64,000 bases of DNA from an uncultured Ignavibacteriales bacterium (GTDB lineage: Bacteria > Zixibacteria > MSB-5A5 > GN15 > JAAZOE01): the NCBI GenBank assembly GCA_964523575.1, contig CAZGAV010000010.1:5466-69465 (forward strand). The letters run 5' to 3'. The position numbers and the translations under genes are program-made. Shown piece by piece: positions 55,614 to 62,853 of this stretch. Numbering within the stretch: the first letter of the stretch is position 1; the number at the start of each line of letters is the position of its first letter. Under the pieces are notes generated by a model, which saw only the letters and a program-made list of their open reading frames with translations, was not told the origin of the DNA and did no database searches.

Positions 55614-57209
55614 ATGCAGGAGACCAATTGGCCGGAAGCCCGGGACTATCGAAAGTCGATCCGGTGGGAATTTTCGATCTATGTTTCAGGCATGATCATC
55701 ATCCTGATGCTGGTCACCGGCTTTGTCATTACCGACCAGTATGTCAGGCGGGTAACCAATAATATCGTCGATAAACTGCTGGTGCAGGCCCGCTCCTACT
55801 CCGGCCCGGCCGGCAAATTGATAATCGCCGCCGACGCGCCGGACGCCTTGCTTCTGAGCAACATCTGCAAAAAGCTCTCGATCGACAATCCCGACGTGTA
55901 CTGGTCGGGCATCGCCGGACAGGATGATATTTATCTGGCTCACACTGACATCAAAAATGTCATCGCCGGCGCCCGGATGGAACCGGTGACCTCGGTTCAA
56001 TTCGGAGAAATATTGAGGCCGGGCGAGGCCTTCGACCTGGCCGGAGACACCCTGTTCATTCTATCTCCGATCATTGAAAATGGAATCCCGGTCGGCAAAC
56101 TCAAAGTCGCCGCCTCGACGCGGCAGATCGTTGAGGCCCGTAACGCCTCCATAATGACGGTGGCCTCCATCACGGCCCTGGTGATGCTCCTCGGGATTCC
56201 CCTGACCATGATCATCCTCCATCGGAAACTGCGCCCGGTGGCCGAAATGACCGACTATCTCAAAAGCATCGACGTCGATAACATTGCCATCGACATCCCC
56301 TTGCAGAAAAACAACGAGTTCGGATATCTGGCCCAAACGCTGAGAGTCATGGGGGCCAAATTGAATCAGGCGCGTGACGATTTGATCGAAAAGGAACGTA
56401 TCGCCCGCGAACTTGAAATCGCGCACGAAATCCAGGCCAACATGCTTCCCCGCGGTTGTCCCGCCGACGATCAGATGGAATTCTCGGTCGAATATCGAAG
56501 CGCCCGCGAGGTCGGCGGCGATTATTATGATTTTATGGAAATCGATGACAAACGCATCGGCTTTCTGGTGGCCGACGTTTCCGGGAAATCGTTGCCGGGA
56601 ATGCTGGTCATGTTGCTAACCCGGGATATCGTCAAGCGGGAGGCCCGAAGAACACCCGATCCGGCCGGATTGCTTCGAAGCGTCAACCGGGAACTGCTCC
56701 CCAATATCAAAAGGGGGATGTTTGTCACAATGTTTGTGGGGGTGCTCAACCGGATTACCGGCGTTTTCACTTTCGCATCCGCCGGTCATAACCCCCTGAT
56801 TCGCCTGGGCGCCGGAACTGGTGATCCCGAATTGCTAAAAACCAAAGGCTTTCCTCTGGGCTTGATGGAGGCCGAACAGTTCGATGAACGCCTCGAGCGA
56901 GGCGTTATTCAACTTGAACCGGGGGACTGGCTGGTTCAATACACCGACGGCATCAATGAAGCTCGCAATGCCGAAAATGTCGAATACGGCATGGATCGTT
57001 TTATCAGAAATCTTGAAACCGATCGCAACCTGACCGCGGGAAGTCTGGTCAAAGATGTCATCGAAAGACATTCCGAATTTGTCGGAACCGCCCCTCAGTT
57101 CGATGATATCACCCTTCTGGTGATGAAGTGGAAGGGCGTTTTGGCCGATACCAAGAACAGACCCCAGCGCGACGAGGTCCGGGTCGATCAAGAGGAAATT
57201 ACCAGATGA
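55614..57209 (+). CDS. Membrane-bound HAMP-PP2C (SpoIIE/RsbU-type) serine phosphatase
   Basis: Trimmed to ATG 55614, 1 nt after the previous stop. Two TM segments and a HAMP-like linker, then EIAHEIQANMLP, GGDYYDF, VADVSGKSLPG, SAGHNP, YTDGINEA, DDITLLV. Confidence 0.88.
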   Translation: MQETNWPEARDYRKSIRWEFSIYVSGMIIILMLVTGFVITDQYVRRVTNNIVDKLLVQARSYSGPAGKLIIAADAPDALLLSNICKKLSIDNPDVYWSGIAGQDDIYLAHTDIKNVIAGARMEPVTSVQFGEILRPGEAFDLAGDTLFILSPIIENGIPVGKLKVAASTRQIVEARNASIMTVASITALVMLLGIPLTMIILHRKLRPVAEMTDYLKSIDVDNIAIDIPLQKNNEFGYLAQTLRVMGAKLNQARDDLIEKERIARELEIAHEIQANMLPRGCPADDQMEFSVEYRSAREVGGDYYDFMEIDDKRIGFLVADVSGKSLPGMLVMLLTRDIVKREARRTPDPAGLLRSVNRELLPNIKRGMFVTMFVGVLNRITGVFTFASAGHNPLIRLGAGTGDPELLKTKGFPLGLMEAEQFDERLERGVIQLEPGDWLVQYTDGINEARNAENVEYGMDRFIRNLETDRNLTAGSLVKDVIERHSEFVGTAPQFDDITLLVMKWKGVLADTKNRPQRDEVRVDQEEITR

Positions 57210-57958
57210 TAATCTTCCCCGCCAGTCTTTCCGCCGATGAGATCGACCGTTTCTACGACGAAACGGCCCGGTCGCTTCAGTCGAAAACCGCGGAGGCTGT
57301 CGAAATCGATTGTTCCCGAATCGGACGGGTGACGTCCAGCCATATCAATATCTTGTGGCAGGCTCGTATCCAATGCACCGCCGTCGGTTCGGAACTCTCA
57401 TTGATATCGCCCTCGGCCGATCTCATCCGCGTGCTTCGGGCGCTCGATTTATATGAGGTTTTTATTCCCCAGCCGGGCCGGCAGGCGGAGACCGAATTCC
57501 TTCCTGGAAAAACCGGCCCCCTCGACTCGGGACAAGCTTTCGATCTCAGCTTCAAACCCGACGCTCGGAGTATCGACTCCGCCCTGACCGCCTTCCGCGA
57601 TTTCCTTGAGCAAATCAAGGTCGTCGGAACCCCGGCCTTCGAACTCGAAACCGCCTTCTATGAAGTCGCGACCAATATTCGCATCCACGGCCAATTGGGG
57701 AACGAAGATACGGTCGAATTCACGGCCGAATGTCTGCCCGACCGGCTGTCGATGCGATTTATTGACCCCGGACGTCCGTTCAATTATGAGGCCCTGCAAA
57801 GTGATTTCGATCCCGGGCAGGCTATGGCGGAAGGCCGTAAAAGAGGTTTCGGCCTGGTCATGATATCTCGATTGACCGACAATGTCCGGTATGAACGCCG
57901 GGATAAGAGATATAATGTCCTGACGGTGGAAAAAAGCTGGAGTCGGGCCGATGGATAA
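57206..57958 (+). CDS. Fusion of STAS-like (anti-anti-sigma) domain and RsbW/SpoIIAB-type Ser kinase (HATPase_c_2) domain
   Basis: ATGA overlap with the phosphatase gene. The N-terminal ~85 aa are STAS-like (VEIDCSRIGRVTSSHINILW...LIRVLRALDL). The C-terminus has FYEVATNIRIHG (N-box), FIDPGRPF (G1) and GFGLVMISRLTDNV (G2). Confidence 0.65.
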   Translation: MIIFPASLSADEIDRFYDETARSLQSKTAEAVEIDCSRIGRVTSSHINILWQARIQCTAVGSELSLISPSADLIRVLRALDLYEVFIPQPGRQAETEFLPGKTGPLDSGQAFDLSFKPDARSIDSALTAFRDFLEQIKVVGTPAFELETAFYEVATNIRIHGQLGNEDTVEFTAECLPDRLSMRFIDPGRPFNYEALQSDFDPGQAMAEGRKRGFGLVMISRLTDNVRYERRDKRYNVLTVEKSWSRADG

Positions 57959-58304
57959 ACACTCATTCGATATTAAGAAACTGAACGATTTCACCATCAT
58001 GGTCGATCCCGGAGGCCGGCTGGATAACAATAACGCCCAGGCTATGGTGGAAACCCTGCTGACGGCCCGGTCCGAGGGTTACATGCATGTCATCATCGAC
58101 ATGAATCGTCTCGAATTTTTATCCTCGGCCGGCGTCGGTTCCATACTGGGGACGGTCGAACACTTCCGGGCCGAAGGCGGCGATATCGTGCTGTGCAACG
58201 CTTCCCCCGAAATCGTCCATGTCTTTCGGGTTCTTGACCTGATCGATTACCTGACCGTCAAGGCGAGCGCCGAAGAAGCCGTCAAATTCTGCGAAACCGG
58301 GTGA
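57951..58304 (+). CDS. STAS-domain anti-sigma-factor antagonist (SpoIIAA/RsbV-like)
   Basis: VIIDMNRLEFLSSAGVGSILG (phosphorylatable Ser context) and ...VHVFRVLDLIDYL. Overlaps the upstream gene by 8 nt. Confidence 0.85.
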   Translation: MDKHSFDIKKLNDFTIMVDPGGRLDNNNAQAMVETLLTARSEGYMHVIIDMNRLEFLSSAGVGSILGTVEHFRAEGGDIVLCNASPEIVHVFRVLDLIDYLTVKASAEEAVKFCETG

Positions 58305-59968
58305 TGAGATTGAAAACGACCGCATCAGAAGAAAAAGATAGCCAATATCTGGCCTGGTCGGATCGCCAGAAGTATGACAAACAGGTTCTGGCTCTCAACG
58401 CCCTGACCGATCTGGCCCGGAAATTTTCCAATAAGCCCGATTTCCATAATCTTGTCGATACCGTCGTTCTGACCCTGGCCGGGCAGTTTTCGGCTACCGG
58501 CGCTTTTGCCCGGCTGGTTCAGCCGGGGGCCTCATCCTCCCGCCAGATGATTTATGCCACCGGAAAATTCAAGAACGAAAGCCTCCTGGAACAACTGGAA
58601 TTCACCGAAGAACACACCCGTTACTTTCTTGAAAACAGCCATCCCCGGGAAGTCGATGAACTGTCACTATCGGGGCCGTCGGCCAATCTCGGATTCATCT
58701 TATCGGAATGCGGCGTCGCGCTCATTGCCCCCCTGCTTCATGATCGCCGCCTGATCGGCCTTTTCGGGTTGGGGGAGAAGGTCACGAAAAAGCCTTTTGA
58801 ATCTTCCGAAAGGGACCTGCTGATGACCATTGTCAATACCATCACGCCCCTGATCGTCAATGCCTATCTGTTCCATGAAATTTCCGAGGTCAATGACTGG
58901 TATTTGCAGATTCTGGATAACGTCAAACAGGGCGTTTTCGTCTTTGATGATATTTACCGCCTTAAAAAAGTCAACGTTCCCGGATACAATATCCTCAAGA
59001 CCTTTCGGCCGCATCTCAAACATATCGAATCGCTTTATAATATCCCCCTCAAGGCCCTTTTCCCGGATACGATTTATCCCGGCTGGGCTCGTCAGCTGGT
59101 CAGGGTCGGAGCCGGGGGCGAGAGTATGCTCTGGGAAAAAATGAAAGCCAAACAGGGAGAGAACGAATGCATTTACAATGTCCGGGTCGGAGCCATCGCT
59201 CATGAGGCCGGGCAGGGCCGCGATTTCATTATCACCGTCGATGATGTGACGGCGCAGGAGGAGAACGACCAGCGTTTATTCGACCTGGAAAAATTCGCCG
59301 AGAAGGGGATGATGGCTTCCTCGATCTCCCATGAACTGAATAATTACCTTGGGATGCTTCTGGGAGGAGTCGAACTGTCTCAGATCGCCATCAGCCGCGG
59401 AAAAACCGACAAGCTCAGTGAAACCCTCGAAAAACTCAAAGCCAATATCGGCAAAATGGAACGTTTTACGACCGGCCTCATGGACTACGCCCGGCTCAAT
59501 ACCCTCAAGAAACAAGCCAGCCTCAATACCGTCGTGACCGATGTGCTGTCATTTGCCGCCATCCAGAAACGATTCAAGAACATCACCATCGCCACCGACC
59601 TCGATGGTAATCTGCCCGATTACGATATGGACGCCGATCAAATCGCCCAACTTCTTCTGAATCTTCTCAACAACGCCGCCGATGCCATCCGGGACGGCGG
59701 CAGGAAGGCCGGTCATATCAAAGTCGGCACCCACCGCGAAAACGAAAACGTCTGCCTGACGGTTTCCGATAACGGGGCCGGCATCAAACCGGAAGTCAAA
59801 GAACGTCTTTTCAAATTCCATCTCACGACCAAACCGGGCGGCCACGGTTATGGCCTGGTGACCTGCAACAAAATTATCCGCAATCATCAGGGGCAGGTCG
59901 AAATCGAATCCGAACTCGGCGCCGGCACCACCTTTACCATCGCCTTCCCCATCACCACCGGCGAATGA
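58304..59968 (+). CDS. Cytoplasmic GAF(-PAS-like) sensor histidine kinase
   Basis: TGATG stop/start overlap (a GTG at 58301 is also possible). GAF-like region (LIAPLLHDRRLIGLFGLGEK), H-box MMASSISHELNNYL, N-box LLNLLNNAADA, G1 DNGAGI, G2 GHGYGLVTC. Confidence 0.88.
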   Translation: MRLKTTASEEKDSQYLAWSDRQKYDKQVLALNALTDLARKFSNKPDFHNLVDTVVLTLAGQFSATGAFARLVQPGASSSRQMIYATGKFKNESLLEQLEFTEEHTRYFLENSHPREVDELSLSGPSANLGFILSECGVALIAPLLHDRRLIGLFGLGEKVTKKPFESSERDLLMTIVNTITPLIVNAYLFHEISEVNDWYLQILDNVKQGVFVFDDIYRLKKVNVPGYNILKTFRPHLKHIESLYNIPLKALFPDTIYPGWARQLVRVGAGGESMLWEKMKAKQGENECIYNVRVGAIAHEAGQGRDFIITVDDVTAQEENDQRLFDLEKFAEKGMMASSISHELNNYLGMLLGGVELSQIAISRGKTDKLSETLEKLKANIGKMERFTTGLMDYARLNTLKKQASLNTVVTDVLSFAAIQKRFKNITIATDLDGNLPDYDMDADQIAQLLLNLLNNAADAIRDGGRKAGHIKVGTHRENENVCLTVSDNGAGIKPEVKERLFKFHLTTKPGGHGYGLVTCNKIIRNHQGQVEIESELGAGTTFTIAFPITTGE

Positions 59969-60084
59969 TCTCGGCGGCATTTTCGCCTTTCATTCCACGA
60001 CGTCTGTCTGGTCCGCGAGACTGCGGAAATTTACCTCGTTTATAAATTTGTGATAGCGGTCGTGATGCGCCGGCCAATATTTTA

Positions 60085-60113
60085 TTGACAGTCCCCAAAG
60101 GCCTTCGTATACT
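60085..60113 (+). promoter_or_regulatory. Near-consensus sigma-70 promoter with no downstream ORF
   Basis: TTGACA (60085-60090), 17-nt spacer, TATACT (60108-60113). Confidence 0.5.
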
Positions 60114-60119
60114 GAAAAT

Positions 60120-60270
60120 ACAGGTGAGAAACACCGGCTGGACCTGTAACGACCGGGATATGACCTGTCCCGGCAAGACATAGCGGGAAGAGGTGATAAG
60201 GCTGTAAATATCCATTTCGGCGGCGCCAAATGGCTGGGAAGGCAAAAGGGCGTCGCCGGCTTCACGTTTT
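60120..60270 (+). ncRNA. Candidate ~150-nt structured non-coding transcript (class unknown)
   Basis: Begins just after the promoter above. The 5' end GTGAG/CCGGC (60124-60138) can pair with GCCGG/TTCAC (60255-60265), followed by GTTTT. An internal hairpin is CCGGGA (60153-60158) / TCCCGG (60168-60173). No convincing ORF on either strand. I could not match it to SRP, 6S, tmRNA, RNase P or a common riboswitch by eye. Confidence 0.25.
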
Positions 60271-60483
60271 GAGGCATCAAATATCGTGAAAACAACTTCA
60301 GGGGATAATTATTAACGGATGCCGGAAGGCGTTAGGGTTTTAGTCGTCTCGGAGATCATGCCTTCGATGCACAAGACCCTGCGACGGCCTGATTCGGGCG
60401 CCCTCCTCGATCGTGATAATAAACCTGAAAATAAATAAAAGGGGCTGGGAACGCCTGCATAAGGGGAAGGGGGCACCGCAGGC

Positions 60484-60517
60484 ACCAAAATGGCCGACGC
60501 CGCAAGGCGTCGGCCAT
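60484..60517 (-). terminator. Rho-independent terminator of the C1 peptidase gene
   Basis: 12-bp stem ATGGCCGACGCC / GGCGTCGGCCAT (60490-60517) with a GCAA loop. On the minus strand it is followed by TTTTGG. It lies 34 bp after the gene end at 60551. Confidence 0.7.
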
Positions 60518-60550
60518 GAAAAAGCATTACATTTTATTGCGCCGTACCGA

Positions 60551-61957
60551 TCACGGACAAGCCGGCTGGGGGCCGCTTTTGAAAACATAATTAATCAGGT
60601 AAACGGCGTCGGCGACATTGGCGACGGCGTCGCAGTTGGCGTCGCCGGCCAGGTCAACCGGATGAGGATCGGGTCCTCCGTTGAATACGAAATTGATCAT
60701 GTAGGAAGCGTCGCCGACGTTGACATCGGCGTCGGCATTGGCGTCACCCGGCAAATATTTATCGACTGCGATTGTGTACGCCTTTTCGGCATAGCGATCA
60801 TAATTATCGCTCACGGCGGCCACGAAGCTGATTGAATTTTCCACTAAGGGCGTGCCCGAAATGACGCCGTCGGACGAAAACGACAGACCTGTCCCTTCAA
60901 GGCTTCCGTCGCGATCGCTCCAGGTTATGACGCCGGAGCCGCCGACAGCCGTCAACTGCTGCATATACGGCACTCCCAGGCTGCACGAGGGGAGGCTCTC
61001 GGTGGCAATGGTCAGGACCCCCGGATAATTGATATAACTGGCGCCGTATCCGATTTTGCTGACGCCGTATTCAATCCGCATATAACCGCCGTCCTCACCC
61101 CACCAGGTTCCCCAGGAATTGCGCATAATCCACACCCCGGCCGTGCCCTGATTGTCATCCCAGCCGACCAGCACGACGCCGTGATTAACCGTGCCGGAAG
61201 CATCATAATTGAAAATTCCGCCATGATATGCCTGCATGGCTGAACTGGAAACGACCGCTACCGAGATCGGACCGTAATCGAGAATGGCCTGTTTCATGGC
61301 GTTCACGCTCGGAATGCTGCTGGAGGTGCCGATATAGGCCCAATTCTGGATCCGGTAGGCATGGGGATAGGGACAGCCGCAGGGCAGATCGGAGGCGGCA
61401 TAGGGGAAATCGGATTCCATCACGGCCCCGGTTTCGTTGCAGGCGTCGTTTTTCCATTGATGATAATGATGCGCCCACCAGCCGCCGGTACAGTCCCAGC
61501 CCTCGGTATTGCAGCTCACCAGCCATTGTTCCGATAAGTTGACCGTGATCCCGTCCTTCAATTTGATATTGCATTCCAGGGGACCGACCGTGGCAAAGGC
61601 CCAGCAGCTGCCGCATCCGCCCTGATTGCGCACCGGCGGCAAACCGCCGTTGTCCCGCCAGTCGAAAGCGACGGGGAGACTTTTGTCCGGCGTGCAGGGA
61701 TCGAAAACCGCACCCTTCTCCCAGTCGGCCGGCGGTTTGAGACCGCATAATTCATTGATCGAATATTGGGTGGCCGGGTTTTCCGAAACGGTGAAAGTCC
61801 AGCCTTCGGCGCGTCCCTGTTCCTGAAGACTGGTGATATCGTTAGCCGTCAACTGACCCAGCGCCGGGACGGCGTTCAATGCGAAAATAAGAACCACGGC
61901 CGCAAATACTATGGCCGGCGAAAACGACGCGGTCGCATGTCGGAAACGGTGCGTCAT
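60551..61957 (-). CDS. Secreted papain-family (C1A) cysteine peptidase with C-terminal dockerin-type repeats
   Basis: Signal peptide. QGGCGSCWAFA (catalytic Cys), VNHGVVLVGWD (His), NSWGTWWGEDGY (Asn/Trp). The C-terminus has a duplicated Ca-binding segment GDANADADVNVGDASYMINFVF / GDANCDAVANVADAVYLINYVF. Confidence 0.88.
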   Translation of the reverse strand: MTHRFRHATASFSPAIVFAAVVLIFALNAVPALGQLTANDITSLQEQGRAEGWTFTVSENPATQYSINELCGLKPPADWEKGAVFDPCTPDKSLPVAFDWRDNGGLPPVRNQGGCGSCWAFATVGPLECNIKLKDGITVNLSEQWLVSCNTEGWDCTGGWWAHHYHQWKNDACNETGAVMESDFPYAASDLPCGCPYPHAYRIQNWAYIGTSSSIPSVNAMKQAILDYGPISVAVVSSSAMQAYHGGIFNYDASGTVNHGVVLVGWDDNQGTAGVWIMRNSWGTWWGEDGGYMRIEYGVSKIGYGASYINYPGVLTIATESLPSCSLGVPYMQQLTAVGGSGVITWSDRDGSLEGTGLSFSSDGVISGTPLVENSISFVAAVSDNYDRYAEKAYTIAVDKYLPGDANADADVNVGDASYMINFVFNGGPDPHPVDLAGDANCDAVANVADAVYLINYVFKSGPQPACP

Positions 61958-62184
61958 AATGGACTCCTCTCCATCCGGTGAGCGATGTGAAGCTTATCTG
62001 GAATGATGGCAATACAGAGCAAGGAATATCGCCTTTCGATCAGTTGACACAAGCGAGTAGCGCGATCGCCTTTTGGGGCGATCATTTAATAATATAAGCC
62101 CAAGTTTAAAATTTGTCCACAATAAACACCAGACCGGCTCGGTATAATCCTTTGCTTTAGCCTCAGGGAATGCCGGCGGATATC

Positions 62185-62344
62185 TGCGACGCCCCTTTCC
62201 GCCATCAGCCCCCGGCCGAAATCGCGCTTTCCGCAAATTCGTGCGACTCCTGCAACGCCCCTTGTCGCATTTTGCATAATATGTGTAAGCCATTACAACA
62301 CAGCGCAATACGAGACGACATTTTCGCGTGCGACATCGGTCGCA
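62185..62344. promoter_or_regulatory. Second cluster of TGCGAC/GTCGCA motifs, including the inverted repeat TGCGAC-N4-GTCGCA
   Basis: TGCGAC at 62185-62190 and 62242-62247, TGTCGCA at 62263-62269, and the inverted pair TGCGAC ATCG GTCGCA at 62329-62344. This is the same hexamer core as the cluster at 28-101. Confidence 0.3.
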
Positions 62345-62454
62345 ATAAAAGATGGCGTAATGGACTGTTTGAAACCCGACGCTCCGGGTGAATAATTGAC
62401 GTATGTCGTTGTCGTATAGCGGCTTTTATATTTTTATAGTATTCGCGAACTAAA

Positions 62455-62470
62455 CGGCACATAAGTTGTT
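62455..62470 (+). promoter_or_regulatory. Weak sigma-54-like -24/-12 element
   Basis: cGGCACataagTTGtt has GG and TTG at consensus spacing, but the -12 GC is replaced by GT. It lies ~110-270 bp downstream of the motif cluster above. Confidence 0.2.
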
Positions 62471-62481
62471 TACATAGAAAG

Positions 62482-62697
62482 ATAATATGCAGGTTTCCCA
62501 GCCCCCTGTATAAAGAAGTGGCTTTTGGCCCTTCGGGGAGGTTCTCCACCATTCTCGTTGTAGGCCGGGAGCTGCTGAGGTTCACACCTCCTTCCCCTTG
62601 GACACGTGTGTGATTTGATGCCGTCACACACGGGGAAACCGCCGGGTCGTACCAAATTTCGTACGAAAGCCTCCTCGGCCCGGCGGTTATTTTTTTG
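62482..62697 (+). ncRNA. Candidate ~215-nt structured orphan RNA ending in a strong intrinsic terminator (class unknown)
   Basis: Several stable hairpins: GAGGT/ACCTC around 62577-62591, the 9-bp CGTGTGTGA/TCACACACG at ~62605-62632, and TCGTAC/GTACGA at 62647-62666. The terminator is at 62637-62697. No plus-strand gene lies downstream. The 5' end is not defined. Confidence 0.35.
62637..62697 (+). terminator. Strong Rho-independent terminator (long branched stem plus T7)
   Basis: AACCGCCGGG (62637-62646) pairs with CCCGGCGGTT (62679-62688) and encloses an inner hairpin. It is followed by ATTTTTTT (62689-62697). Confidence 0.7.
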
Positions 62698-62853
62698 CCC
62701 CAAACAGCATGCATCAAATTCGACAAAATATGGACAAACGCGCCTTATGACGCCACGACTTGTCCTGAATCACATTTAACAGGAAATCAGTTGTTGTTCC
62801 GGAGCCGTCCGTGGCCCGGAGAGGTTCGGCCCGGGCCACCGGGGTCTTACACG

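Noticed and set aside
59952-60527. Minus-strand ORFs of 97, 101 and 71 aa downstream of the GAF kinase
   Set aside because: Their sequences are not protein-like (P/S/R/C-rich). They overlap a consensus plus-strand promoter and a minus-strand terminator.
62205-62726. 173-aa and 77-aa minus-strand ORFs in the peptidase / PPDK_N-NTase intergenic region
   Set aside because: They overlap a strong plus-strand terminator and motif clusters, have no RBS or recognisable domain, and have odd composition. The region is treated as non-coding or an RNA candidate.
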